Of a stretch of DNA of 64,000 nt, positions 49,912 to 63,100 are shown in pieces (the first letter of the stretch is position 1; each line of letters opens with the position of its first letter). The notes under the pieces are model-generated. The model had not been told where the DNA came from, made no database searches, and saw only the letters and a program-made list of their open reading frames with translations. Position numbers and translations under genes: made by a program. The DNA is taken from the NCBI GenBank assembly GCA_026025075.1, contig JAPEUI010000004.1, positions 62,001 through 126,000 on the forward strand, written 5' to 3'. The DNA comes from Vezdaea acicularis (Eukaryota).

Positions 49912-51091
49912 TCTCGCCCTTCCTCTCTTCCCCTTTCTATTCGGGAATATCATGCTCGCGAAAAGCCCGATTCATCAAAAGCTTCACGCAATGTTCGAAA
50001 TGAAGGAGAGGGTTGGATTAGGATGGTTTATCTTTTTTGGTTTAATGCTAATTCATACTATGGCGAGGATGGAAGGAAGGGATGGTAGGAAGGAAAGCGT
50101 GCTGGTCGCGTAGATAGTTTAGGAAATGAGATTGATTCTCTGATATTTTGTCTCCTTTCTCTTGCGTGATGATCTTTATGTGTGCGGTGTGGAGGTGGGG
50201 GGGGTCCGCCCGCCTTGTGATTTTCGGGGGGTTTTGGGTGGGAAGGGGAAGAGGGTTTCCTCCTGTTATAAGATGGGCTCGTGTTATGTGGACGGAAGGA
50301 GGTGTTTTAGTTGTATGTACGGTCTTTGGGCACGTGGAGAAGTATTCTTTCATTGACATTCACGACACATTGCCCTTGTCACAGCTACTTACTCGTGACA
50401 AACCCTTGATTCCTTAAGCACGGTTCCCTTTTGCGCTGGTGAGGCTCAACGCTGAACTCTCTTTTCGTTTAGCATTCCCCGAGGTTAGAGAGTAGAGGGT
50501 GAAATCATCGCCAAAGCGAATCCTACCAAGAAAATCTATTTCGGTGAGGCGTACCTACCTCAAGCACTGACCACGTCGGCTACGGGTAGCGTCCGCTCGC
50601 TCGCAAAAGCTTGATAATCCCATCCCACAAGGGTCCACTATCCCCGAGGCTGACAACAGCAGCTTTCCGAGCAATAAACAGCGTCGGCGAGTGGGGCGTT
50701 CGGTGGCTCTTTTCTTATCAACGTGAGTATCGCTGGTCCTATGGGATGGCTTCTCGACGTGCCAATAATGCTGCGACGTGCGGGTTTTGGGGTCCTGGGA
50801 GTTAGGGCGGGGTAGGTCCTCTCCCTGCACGATGCGCGGCGCTTAACTTGGTGCTTTTGGGGGAAAGGCTCGGCGAGGCTGTGGGGCTTGAGGTTAGGAG
50901 CTTTTCTTGGGCGAAGGGCCTTTTTGTCGTTCTGGTTTCATCGATGCTCTTTGCTTCTCATCGCTCTCGATCTTGCATTTTCCATCCTCTCCCATCTTCA
51001 GTGATCTATTGAGGTTTTCCGTACGTCTCTTGTTATTGTACCGAAGTCTAGCTGCCCACTGGCTTGTAAGGGCCGATAGAAGATTGGGGGG

Positions 51092-52400
51092 ATGGACTAT
51101 CCGCCAGAAAACGAGAGCGCGGAGTTCTCGGGCCTTGTGCGAATACTGATTGCGACTTTCACGACCGGCCTTGACGTTGTGAGCCGTGTGAGAGCGAAGA
51201 GGAGGGCGAGAAAGGCAAAGCTCTCAGCGAAGAGAAAGGCTGAGGAGTCGGCGCTCACGAGATCGCTGTCGAAAGCGCCGGGAGAGATCGATGGGGAGTA
51301 TAGGCGGGATGTGCAGCGGATGGGACGGAGGTTTGAGCAGGGAGATCGTGAGTTGTGTCCCAGAATTTCTGCTAGATCGTCCCTGGTGGAGTCCGTGGTT
51401 CTGGCAGAGGGCTAACCGTGGTTCAGAACAAGCACATATGTGTCTCACAGGCACCCTGCTAAAGCTCAATGCCGGACTCGTGAACATCATACGCAATTTC
51501 CTCGACGGAGGAAGAGACGCCAAGGAGGAGCTGGACTACGCTTCCTTCACCCGCCTTTCCGACTCCTCGAGGGCAGAGACAGTCCATGCTCTCGGCGCTC
51601 TCTACGACCGCCTCTCACGCTCCTCCATCATCCTCCAAAACCCTTCCGGCCCTCCCAGCCAGCATCCCCGAGCCCTCGATCATACCAAAAAGGGGAAAAA
51701 ACCCAAAGCCCCCAAACAAACCGGGAAGACCCCACGTCCCAAACCCCCGCCGGCAAAGAGCAAGGACAAAAAGGCTGTGGTGGCGAAGGAGTACCCCAAC
51801 GGCGCCCTCATCCAGTGGAAGAAAGACTCCGCCATCTCCGTCGTGAGCGGCTCCCGCTCCAGCTCCACCAGCGGCCCTACATCCCCCCAACCCACCTCTC
51901 CCCGCCTTCCCCCGCCTCGACAACTACCTCAACTACCCCCGCCCCTCAACCCAAGACCACCACTTCGCACCCGCGGCGGTTCAGCTCCCAGCCCGCCCAC
52001 CCGACCAGCACTAACGCCACAACCCCCTCCAGTCCCCCGCGGCTGGCACCCCGGACCGCCTCTTCCCCCCAAAATCCCTACTATCGAACGCCAGCCCTCG
52101 CATCGCCGCCGCGTGCAGATGCCCCGGCGCCAGGAGCGGCAGAGAGACTCGCTTTACTCCTTCGTCTCCGATAGTACGAAGATAGGCGAGATTCCGGAGC
52201 GGCTTTGGCGCCGGGAGTGGGAGGCTTCGCTGCCGGAGGGCGATGGTGGGGCGGTGGTGGGGCAGTTGGGAGGGGGGCAGGGAGCGGAGCTGGTGGGCTG
52301 GGATGAGGGGCAGGGGGTGGTTGGGGCGGAAGAGGGGATGGGGACGGGGAGGGGGAAGGGCAGGTTTTGGAGGTTTTGGGGGAGGAAGGAGGAGGGCTGA
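51092..52400 (+). CDS. Hypothetical protein with a helical N-terminus and a Pro-rich tail (exons 51092-51347, 51427-52400)
   Basis: Intron 51348-51426 (GTGAGT...GCTAAC...CAG) joins two ORFs in frame. A motif-like SFVSDSTKIGEIPE lies near the C-terminus. Confidence 0.7.
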
Positions 52401-52495
52401 GGGGGAAGATAGGTTCATTGCGGATGAGGCGTGGAGATTTTTGGGCACATCTGGAGAGTGGCCAGGGAAAAGGTAGTTTATCATATATATCCCAA

Positions 52496-53368
52496 CTACC
52501 TCCCTCCCCTCTTTACCTTGCGCCCCCTCGCTCCACCGCCGCTCCTCCCAACAATCTCCTTGACATCCCTCCCACTCAGCCTCAGCACTCCCCCCCTAAG
52601 CTTCCCCACAGCCGGCGCTCCCACATCCCTCCCTCTCACCCCATCCCTGCTTTCTTTCCTCCTGACCCCCTCCTTCTTCCTCCCCGCCCCTCGTTCAAGA
52701 ACGACTCCATTCTCCTTAGCCTCCCTCCTCCGCCCCTCTTCCTTCTCCCCCCGCTTCCGCTGAATCCCGCGCCGGTGACTCATCGGCATCTTCTCCTGAG
52801 CCAGCAGACTCTTCTTCGCTCCAAGCGCCTGCAGACGGATATCCGTCGCCGCGTGCCGCGTTGATGAGGAGTGGGTCAGGCTCGGGGCGAGAAGGTGCGA
52901 TTCCGAGAGGAGGCGTTGCAGCGAGAGATCGTTCTGGAGATGGGCGAGTTCGGTGGGGTCGTCGACCGTGGCTGCTGAGGTGGTGACTCGGGGTTTTTTG
53001 GTTGAGGGGGGGGGGAGGGAGTGGGTGGGCGATTTGGCGCTCATGAAGGATCGGAGATGGGGGGTGGGGAGCGAGGCGGGAGAGTGCGAGGAAGGGGTGG
53101 TGTGTTCGACGATGTCGATGGGGGATTCTTCTGGAGAGTCGGAGAGGCCGTGGAATTCTTCGTCATCGTGCTCGGAAGCGTCTAATTCTGGAGACGAGAA
53201 ATGGTTCGACGCGGGAACGGCGAGAGGCGCGAATTGAGCTTCGAAGTGGCGGCGTAAGGCCTCTTTGGCGGTTTCCTTGAAGGAATCATCAGTGTCGTTG
53301 CCTGAGCTAGAGGATTTGTCGGGGTCGCGGAGGTCCTGCCGTCTTTTTCGTTTTCCGAGGATCGTCAT
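52496..53368 (-). CDS. faf1: Faf1 / DUF4602 40S ribosome biogenesis factor (290 aa)
   Basis: MTILGKRKR, LRRHFEAQFAPL, NDLSLQRLLSESHLL, EKMPMSHRRGI, RRREAKENGVVL and VGKLRGGVLRLS...V. Confidence 0.75.
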   Translation of the reverse strand: MTILGKRKRRQDLRDPDKSSSSGNDTDDSFKETAKEALRRHFEAQFAPLAVPASNHFSSPELDASEHDDEEFHGLSDSPEESPIDIVEHTTPSSHSPASLPTPHLRSFMSAKSPTHSLPPPSTKKPRVTTSAATVDDPTELAHLQNDLSLQRLLSESHLLAPSLTHSSSTRHAATDIRLQALGAKKSLLAQEKMPMSHRRGIQRKRGEKEEGRRREAKENGVVLERGAGRKKEGVRRKESRDGVRGRDVGAPAVGKLRGGVLRLSGRDVKEIVGRSGGGARGRKVKRGGR

Positions 53369-53547
53369 TGAGTGGTTGAAGGTGTGGCTCTCGAACGGGA
53401 GAAGCTGTAACTTGTGAACGGAGGAAGCTGTAGCTTTTGAACAGGACAAGAAAAAGGTTTGTGGAGCGGATGTTCTGAACGGAAGTTGCCGAGCTCGAGC
53501 GTGTTCCTCCCCCACCATGCTCCGTCCAGACTCTCCACCGAACAAAA

Positions 53548-54438
53548 ATGACCCGCTTTCGTCCATGCATCGATTTGCATACTGGAGTAGTGAAGCAGAT
53601 TGTTGGAGGGACTTTGACAAATGCCCCTGATAATCTCAAGACGAACTATATATCCGAATTACCGCCCGGCCATTACGCGGATCTGTACCGAGAGCATGGG
53701 CTCCGAGGGGGGCACGTAATCATGCTTGGGAAGGGAAATGAGGAGGCAGCGAAAGAGGCCTTACGACAGTGGCCAGGAGGGCTGCAGGTTGGAGGGGGGA
53801 TAGAGGAGAGTAATGCGAATGGGTGGATTGAGGCCGGAGCTGAGAAAGTGAGTAATTCCCTTCGAAGGCTTCTGGATATAGCTAAATGGCAATAGTAGGT
53901 GATCATAACGTCCTACCTGTTTCCCGACGGGGCATTTTCAACGCCACGTTTGCAGGGTGTGCTGAAATCCCTGGGTGGCGACAAGGAGAAGCTGGTCATC
54001 GATATCAGCTGTCGCCGGAGTGGTGACACTTGGCTCGTTGCCATGAACAAATGGCAGACTCTGACTACCATGGAGGTCAATGAAGGTCTCTTCCTAAATC
54101 AGCTTAGAACTTGCTATGACCTGGAAGCTTATTCGATTTATACAGATTCGATCAAGATGCTAGAGCGTTACTGTTCGGAGTTTTTGATCCATGCAGCGGA
54201 TAATGAAGGGTTGCAACTGGGCATTGATGAAGACCTGGTCAGAAGGCTTGCTCAGTGGTGTAGTATACCTGTCACATATGCTGGCGGAGCAAGTAGCCTC
54301 AAAGACCTAGATAAGGTCAAGGGGTTAAGCGGGGGCAAGGTCGATTTGACGCTGGGAAGCGCTCTGGACATCTTTGGAGGCTCCAAGGTGAAGTTCTTGG
54401 ACTGTGTCGAGTGGAATAAGTTAGAGTCGGAGAGGTAG
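53548..54438 (+). CDS. his6: ProFAR isomerase His6 (exons 53548-53847, 53899-54085, 54146-54438)
   Basis: MTRFRPCIDLHTGVVKQIVGGTL, GLQVGGGI, KVIITSYLF, VAMNKWQT, SEFLIHAADNEGL and VDLTLGSALDIFGG. Confidence 0.93.
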
Positions 54439-55127
54439 AGATGAAATAACAGAAGTTGATACGCTCTTGTTGGACAAAAGCCATGTCCGCTCAATGGCAA
54501 TCTTTCGAGATAACTCCGAGGCGAACAGATTGCCGCAGTTAAACAATTGCCCAATTCGCAATCAATCATCTCTCGACAAATCCGGACACTATGTGGGCTT
54601 ATATAGCGATTGAACATCAGCCAGCCTCACTTTACTTCATTTGCCTCTGTTAGGCGCAAGCTAGCTTCTTTGAAAATTAGGGTGGTAACTTTGTGCCCAA
54701 TATTAGAAGTATGGCTCATGCCTAGAACCTAAAACGTTGGGCGCTTCGGCCTTGCGTGCTGAAGTAGGCCACTTCAAAGCACATCAAAACCACACTGCCC
54801 ACAACTCGAAAAGCCACCTGCCAACACCGTCAAACTGATTAGCACGGGTGTGTTCTATCGCATAGACTCATATGACAGATATCGTTGCCGACACCTTGCG
54901 GCACCTTCATCATTCACCATCCACCGAGTCTCTTAGTCAACCTCGCCTCAGGCCTTGCCTCTGCTAAGCCGAGCCCCGCCGTCTTGTCTGAGCTCTCAGG
55001 AGCCCTCAACCCGACATCTCGTTACGAAATATAGCCTGCTGTTCAGTTGCTCACTTGCTCTCTTGACTCCTTGCATCTTTTTATTTACGAGACACGCCTA
55101 ACGCCTTAAGACTTGTCCCACTTCAAG

Positions 55128-55995
55128 ATGGTAGACAGCGCGAAGCAGGCAAAGACCATATTGGGGAATGAGCTTAAGACGCTCTCAAAAGAAAACTGGG
55201 TGAACATTGAGGTAATTACTGCTGCCTCACCCTGTTCTGAAGTCTGTTCAGATTGTGCTAATGACGGTGCTCAAGCTCGAAGATGACAACCTCCTAGAGT
55301 GGAACATTGCTCTCATAGTGCTAAACCCCTCGTCACTATACTACGGTGGATATTTTAAGGTCTTGGATACCCTGAGCGCATTTACTGGCATGGCTTGGTC
55401 TAACATGACAGAATAGGCCAAATTAAAGTTCCCCGAGAACTACCCGTATATGCCCCCAGGTATGCGCATCACTTATCTATCACATGCTCCTTAGCCACGC
55501 CGAATAACATTCCATACAGAGTTTCGATTCACGCGACCACTTTTTCACCCAAACGTATACTCAGGTGGTAAAGTTTGCATCTCCATCCTTCACCCGCCTG
55601 GTGAAGACGAGCAGTCTGGAGAGCTGGCGGAAGAGCGATGGTCTCCCATTCAACGCGCCGAATCTGTTCTTCTGTCCATCCTCTCACTCCTAGATGACGC
55701 GGAAATCAATTCTCCTGCCAACGTCACCGCAAGCGTCATGTTCCGCGATCAGAGGGCCCAGTACGACGCGAGAGTAAGACAGGAGGTAAATCAATCAAAA
55801 CGTGATATTCCCGAAGGCTTTGTCATGCCTACTCATGAGTCTACCAAACCTAAGCCGGTCGAAAAAGAGGACCAAGCTTTTTGGTATGACTCGGGCGATG
55901 AAGACTTCGGAGGGAGTGACTCTGATGAAGAGATGACGTTCGAAGAAGACGAAGACGAAGATCGAGAAGAATCGGAAGATCAGGAGGATGACTAG
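55128..55995 (+). CDS. cdc34: Ubiquitin-conjugating enzyme Cdc34/Ubc3-like (exons 55128-55211, 55276-55359, 55417-55459, 55520-55995)
   Basis: The spliced product has YYGGYFKAKLKFPENYPYMPP and FHPNVYSGGKVCISILHPPGEDEQSGELAEERWSP (catalytic Cys plus acidic loop), and an acidic C-terminal tail. Most of it is missing from the ORF track. Confidence 0.88.
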
Positions 55996-56321
55996 GGGAG
56001 CAATGTCCTATGGCCACGGGAAACAACCTCTTTCTTCAGACAGCCGTAGGCCTGGGATATGCTTTATTTGCTTATATATATCGGCTGGAGGTAAAACACC
56101 ACATACATGGCCTTTTTATGCATAGCGCAGGATAATGGCGTTTGCGAAGCAGCACGGGGGACATTTTCAACACTCTGCCTACTTATATGATGATCTGCTA
56201 GCTGTTGCAAGCGATTGAGATTGAACCGTGCCGATTCGGCAGCATTGGCTATCAATGAAAGCAGAATCTTGATCTCTTCGATACGTTGTTGTGATAGACG
56301 TCTTGGTATAAATCCAAGGTC

Positions 56322-56352
56322 AAATGTGAAATGTGAAATGTGAAATGTGAAT
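56322..56352. repeat. (AAATGTG)4 microsatellite
   Basis: aaatgtgaaatgtgaaatgtgaaatgtgaa. Confidence 0.8.
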
Positions 56353-56772
56353 TGCTGCAGAAACGTCTAGAATTACTTTTGCCTTAAAGGAGCATTAGTG
56401 CATGTTTGCTCACAACCAGACATGTGCCAGTGGTTCCATAGGTTCAAGACCTCTTGTTTGCGACTATGGTGCAAAAGGAAAAAGGAGGGCCTTGCAGCGT
56501 GCAGTGAACGCCCAAAGCTTATTAACGTTCTCTGTTCCGTTGATCGTTCGGGAACGAAATAAGCGACCCAAGCTAAGGTATCAGAGCCAGTAATCCCGTT
56601 TGCGATTTGGTCCAAAGACCTGGCAATTCACCAAGGTTTCATTAGAGCTCGACTTGCATTCTCACCATTGGTAGGATATAATTTGAAGCTCTGAAGCCCG
56701 ATATGCTCTCAAGACTTAAACCTTTTTAGGTAACTACACTGCAAACCTAGAGCGTTGCTAGGCGCTACCAAG

Positions 56773-59692
56773 ATGTCCGGCTCAGAGCCGGCAGAAGAGG
56801 ACATTCAGAATGTGGTTGCAATAGCTTGTATACCGCGAGCGGAAGCTGTTGTGAAGTTAAAGGTATCCATGGACAGCTAGCTGCTTTCTTTCTTAGAACA
56901 CACGCCAAAGCTGACATTCATTAGCAAAATGGCAATAACGTACAACGAGCAATCGAAGCCCTCTTCGACCCTCCCTCCATTCCCACAGGTCCTGTATGAT
57001 AGGATCGCCAACTTCAAAATGATCTTAATTCAGACAAGCTGACAAATACTCTCAAGGCGAATGCGGATGTATGGGACGATGCATCGTTCTCAGTAGACCG
57101 AAATGGTGCTTGGGCAGATGCAGCAACATCCGCGCCTAGTATGGCATCCCGGCTTGATAAAAAGCTAGCAACTCTGTAACTCTAGAGGTTATCATGATTG
57201 CTGACACATTTTCTTTCGATTAGGTTTTCAAGTTCATACGGCGGATAGCAACTATAGCGCTCCTTCGAGACCACCATCAAGGGTAAACAACCAAGACTCA
57301 ATTCCCATCACAATGAGTAAGCTCAGACTGAGTCGTTACTTGATGTCTTTAAATCTAACATGCTATTCTCTAGATGATCACCGCAATTTAAGCCCCTCGC
57401 AGCAAGAGACGGATGATTACGACCAAGCAATGAAGAACTCCCTGAGCGATCTGGGCCCTCAGGAAAGCGGCGTTGTAGGGGATGGCTTACGCCCCCAATT
57501 CGGACCAGCAAACCAAGAGTACTACGATTCAGACGCCTGGGCTATGACACGAACACAAGCTGCCGAGATAATCCTTCCTCCAGAGCCTTCAAATCGAGAA
57601 CGAAAGCCCGGCACACCTGCATTCCTCAAGCCACACCATTCCGCCTATTATCTTGCTCAAATTTTAACCATCTTTCATTCGATTCCGCTAGCACGAGACG
57701 TCCTCCTTCAACCCCAACACCTTCTAAGCGACTATGGCGAAGATTCCGAGTGGTGGAATGGTGCAACCATTAACACCCCACTAGTAGTTGACGTCGACGA
57801 AGGGTTCTTAAGTGCCGATTGTGACCGAGCTATCTATGAGACGCAGCGCTTGATGGCCTTCTTGGAAATGACCAACCGAGCATACGGCAGTGTTGATGGG
57901 CTCGCAGACCTCGATCGATTGAAAGGTGATAATCTTCAGTCCGATACGGATCACGAGAGGCCCATTGCGAGGTATTTCGAGCTGATGCGACATGCAACCG
58001 AGCGCATACCTCAAGCGGAACCAAGCTTTACACAAACCTTCTTCTCAAAAGGTGTCAAGGTCTTTGGTCCGGCAGAAAGCCTATCGAAGAACGAGGACAC
58101 CTTCGCACGACTCGAGATTGATGTCGGTCAAAGAACTGTGAATGCTGGTAAAAATCTCTATGACGCACTCGATGAGTTGATCTGGGAAAGTGTTATTGAT
58201 AACGATGACACGTCTGTCTACTTGGAATCCGTCGGAGACATCTTTACCGTCAGACTACGGAATATCACTGGCAGTCCTGGTCTGGGCATCAAAATCCCAG
58301 CAACATGGTTTCCTGACCGATATCTTTCTGAATCACAAGCACTAGCTAAGGAAATGCGGTCAAGCAAGGCGGCAATTGATGATGAACTCGAGTATCTGTA
58401 CGCCTCACATGACGACGTAAGCCTTGCAGTATGTCCTGATGGCGAACGAAGGCCTGTACTGCCGATTCTAGCTGCAACGATAGCTCATTTTCAGGCCTTC
58501 CCAACTTTAAAGCGAGGAGCTGAAAGCGGAGAAGTCAATGCAGATATATCCTCCGAACCTACATCAATGGAGACATCGTCTCCAATCAATGCGCCAGAAT
58601 TGGTAGCTCAATTAGAGAAGACCGTGTCAAGTATAGAAGCGAAGCAAAGATGTGAGTTTTAGCCTAGCCTCTCTAAAGCTGTCTGACATTATTTTCTTAG
58701 CTCTGAATGGCCAAATTGAAGATGCGCGAGCTAGGTTGAAAGACCTCTCCAAGCTTCTCACTGAAGAGTCCGAAGACCCTTCTCAGCCGCCACACCATAA
58801 GTATACGCTGAGGGGTGTGGTGACTGAGCAGCAATACACCTATGTTTTGCATCCATTGTCGGACGAGTTTGACGACTATACGCCAGACGCTCGTGCAAGG
58901 GGTGCTCAGTGGTGGAAAATTCAATTCTCCTCGTCAATATCAGATCCCGTCAATATAACCGTGAGTATATTCTCTAGTTGTTTTGAAGACCATTACACCT
59001 ATATAGAGCTTTACATTAATTCATGCCGTCTGAATGAATAGAAAGTTCCAGAAGTCCACGTCCTGAAGGCCGCTAAAGAGGAGCATAGAGAAGTCATGTT
59101 AGTATATGCAAGCGAGCGTGCTCAACAGGAGGGTGAGGCGGGGCGTATCGCGCTAGCACTTCAGGTGAGTCGGTGCTTGACCAGATCCAGATACTCCCCC
59201 AACCTGTCAACAGCACTCTGCTAAGTACATGTGTAGAACTTTGTACATAATGACAATCGCCTCTTCAAGGCCGAATTTCCATTTGCGGATGAGCCAGTCT
59301 CTCGTTTCTCCATAACACCTGACTCTACACCTCCTCCCGAGCCCACTCTGACTACGTGGGATCAAATTCAACCCATCGACGCAGACTCTTCAGATGGCAC
59401 CCTTGCTGCCGAACCATCTGGTGCCCCCCACTTCAGTTCAGAAAACCGTTCCCATTCTGACGGTTGGGGAAATACTCCCCCAGGCGATGCTTACAGCAAT
59501 GGTCGCGACGATCTCATGGCAAATGATGAGATACAAGAACATGAGCATGAAGACCCGACTCCAGTACCAAGTGTCACAAGCAAGGAAAAGAACGTGGTTG
59601 GAGGCATAGACCAGGCCATAGAAGATGTAGATGAGGATGGCGAAAGGCCGGTTAGGTTTGGAGAAAACCAGCAGCATTCCAGTGGCCCTTGA
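56773..59692 (+). CDS. UBA-like / UIM-containing ubiquitin-interacting protein (multi-exon)
   Basis: Spliced N-terminus EEDIQNVVAIACIPRAEAVVKLK|QNGNNVQRAIEALFD is UBA-like, followed by UIM-like ETDDYDQAMKNSL, ETQRLMAFL..T.RAYGS and HKYTLRGV. The last exon ends with TGA at 59692. Some internal junctions are uncertain. Confidence 0.7.
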
Positions 59693-60102
59693 TGGCTTTA
59701 GATCTCCTGATTGCTTTGCATAGCCCCGGCGTTGTCCCCCAACACATAAGCTTGTGTCGAGGCTGATTTAGTCTGCCGTTGAGAGCGGTAGAATGAGAAA
59801 GAATATCTAATAGAACCATATACTGTCAATGAACAACTCTTAATACCTTATTGAGTAAACAGAGTCTGATATGTGGTAAAATGTCTGGACTTTTGAATGT
59901 TTTTGCTACGGTGAATCTGCAGAGCTCTCAACCAGACGATTCCGTTTTCTGCCAAGCTTCCTGACCGCTTGCCCTCGATTGGCTGCAGCTTCACGCGACT
60001 GGGCCCATGCCGAGAAAATCAAAGAAGCTTTTGACGGACACAACTCTTTCATGTTCTCACCCTCAACAGCGCGCGGCCTCGAACCGCCGGCCATCATTTA
60101 CG

Positions 60103-63100
60103 ATGGCGGAACGGGCGAACCGTGGCGGGCGAGTATCAAGAGGGGCGCAAGGAAGGAAGGGCGCACCTCATCAACAGCAGCCGGCCCCTACGTCTGATCC
60201 GTCAACAGCTAGGCTTTTTGGAGCTGCCTTTGCCCCACATTCGAACAGTCAAGTTGGTTCACGGCCCGCATCGTTCTCTACCAGACCAAGATCAAATCCG
60301 AGCCAAGCTTTGAACAATACTTCGCAAGGAATGAATTCAGGTGTCCCATCACAAAGTACACCGTTTCAGAACGCATTTGGGGTTCCGAATCTGAATCCAG
60401 CTTTCACTGCTCAATCAAAGAATCTGGGAGCACAGGCTGGAACAGGTACTCGGGGGTCTCAGAGCCGCAGAGGCTCGCCCCCGGTCAGTGGAAATCGTGG
60501 GAGTTTACGAGGAACTGACAGAAGTTCAAATGCAACAAGTCGGCAAAGCTCACCAGCTGGAAGGGGTCGAGGCGAAAGCCGGGTTGATAGTCGTGGTAAA
60601 GGGCGGGGTGAGGGGAGAGGTGAATTTCGGGGCGGAGGTCGTGGTGAAAGCCGTGGAGACGGGCAGGGTAGCGGCCGGACGACAAGAGGCTCTTCCAGAA
60701 CTCCGAATCAGTCTTCCCGTGGATCAGCTAGCCGTATTCAACGGCCCTCTTCCCTTCGCAACCAGATAAGCGCTACAACCATACCAAACGCTTGGTCAAA
60801 GAACGATGAAGTCCCTGCAGTACAATCAATGTCAAGACGAGCAGGCAATACACGTACTGATCAGCCTATACCCAATGTCACTAGATATCATACGAACCGA
60901 TACGATCCTACGTCGAGAAGCCATAAGTCGACAATGGCAGCGCTCATGGAAACCTTGCGAGAAAACCGGGTGCAGGAGCGTGAATGGGCTATCAGGAATA
61001 ACCTAATAATGAGGGAGGATAGTGCAAGGTCCTTGATGGATGCAGTTGCTCTTCAGGGAACTTGTGGAGATATGTGCCCCGAGTTCGAAAGAGTTACACG
61101 TGTAGTCCAGAACGGGGTTGATACATGCGAAATGGAGGAACTTCCAGATGGTACAATGGTACCTTCAGAAAAGAAGATGGTCAAGCGATTTGAGAGATCT
61201 TCTGCGGGCAAGGAAACTCCATTGCCTTCGGATGTACGGCCAGTTGAAGTATTGAAGATGACTGCTGATTATCTTCTTGATGAAGTTGTTTTCCAAGCTG
61301 CCGATATTGCACAGGTCCACACCTTTGTCTGGGACCGGACAAGGGCAATTCGCACGGACTTCACTATACAGCATGTTGAAGACTCGAGCTTACCTGAGCT
61401 TGAGATGGCAATATATTGCTTCGAGCGCATTGCTCGGTTTCATTTCGCATCACTCCACTACTTCGCACGACCCGGTGTCGAAAAGCCTGGACAGTATGAC
61501 ACTCACCAAGAGATGGAGCAACTAGTTAACACCCTGAAGTCGCTATGGGTTTACTACGAAATTTATGAGAGATCCGGTGCTGTAATAAGGGCCCGCACAG
61601 AGTTCAGCATCGTTTACATGTTTGCATTCGTTTCAAACAAGAAACTTGTTCACGAACTCCTAAGCCGAGGGGACTCATCACTATTGTCTGCTCGGAATCT
61701 TGATATCCAGGACTATATGGATTTGAGATCTTTCTGTCAAAACGATAGCGCTCTAGAGGATAGCCTGAAGCCTGGCGCTTCGAGCGTAGTAGAACGCCAT
61801 CCGTCATGTATCATTCTAGCCGAGAGACTGCTGGCAAATGAGGCCTTGCCACTTGCTGTGGAAGTCATGGCGGAAATGGTCCTAAATCAGCTCCGAGCAA
61901 GTTCTCTAGGAAAACTTCATGCAGCGTTCGCCAGTAACAGAAGCACGATGATGGACGCGACCCTCCCTTTTCTGACGCAATACCTTCGATTTCACGACGA
62001 GGAAGAGACCGTAGCTTTTATGGAGCATGTGGAGCCGCACATGCCATGGGTAGTCGTCAACGGTGTTCAATGTCTTGACTTGAGCAAAGGCTCTACCAAA
62101 ATAAGGGGTAAGTGTTTTCATACCAATTCTAAGACCTCTGTCTAATCCTCTCGCAGTTAACAAAGGTGCTGGCCAACCTTGGCTTCGTGAAATCGATAAA
62201 AGACTTAGCGGATGGAAATTCTGTGAACTAATGAGTCTTGACGATAATTTCTTCAAGAGTGAGTTTCCCTCGAGAATTTGGACTTGTATCTACTGTTTGC
62301 TCGAAGCTCCTGTTCTAGCGGCCCTATCATTGTTACCCATCTTACTAACAACTTCTATAAGATACCCCAGATAAAAGAAATGAAAAGGAACCCTTTGAAA
62401 GCCAATCCTCGCCTTGGACGTCTAGCACGATCCCTTCCTTGGAGGATACACCACCCATGCCCCTTGAACTGAGAGGTAAAGATTGGCTTTCGCCGCTGCC
62501 GCGAAAGTCTAGCAATCTTACTGCAGGGGTTTCGTGGGAACGTATAGGAGCGAAGCCGGTTGTATACTCTCCAAAAGCACAGTCCTCTCCATTTCCGGCC
62601 GTACCGGCCTTTCCATCACTCGCCAATGAGCAAGCATCACCCTTCGGATCTTTGCTAAAGGCTGAGCAAGACAAAAGCTCAAAGGCATCGTCTAATGCCT
62701 CGCCCATCTTCAGCAACTCCTTAAAGAAGACCACCCGAGAGGCATCATCTTCAAATATATTCTCCACCAATCCAAACGACCTTTCACGTTCCATCGGACA
62801 GTCTAACCCTTTTTCTCAATTCACCTCGTCTTCGCCACCCTCCGTCCTCCAGGGTGGTGCCCTGTCTTTTACTCCTGCTCCCCTGACCAATATCTTTGGT
62901 TTACCTATAAGCGCGCCGCCAACAACTTCCAACAATCTCTTCTCGAAAGATTCAACACCCTCAACCACCAGCACTCTTTTTTTCCCTCCGTCAGTCTCTG
63001 CCGCAACCCAATACTCACAGCCTTCACAACCCTCAACTTTCAAGACCACGTCTCCCGTTGGAAGTAACCCTTTTTCCACATTCAAGAACACTCCGACGGC

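Noticed and set aside
53369..53620. N-terminal extension of faf1 (374-aa ORF)
   Set aside because: It overlaps the his6 start on the other strand. The family-like start MTILGKRKR is at 53368.
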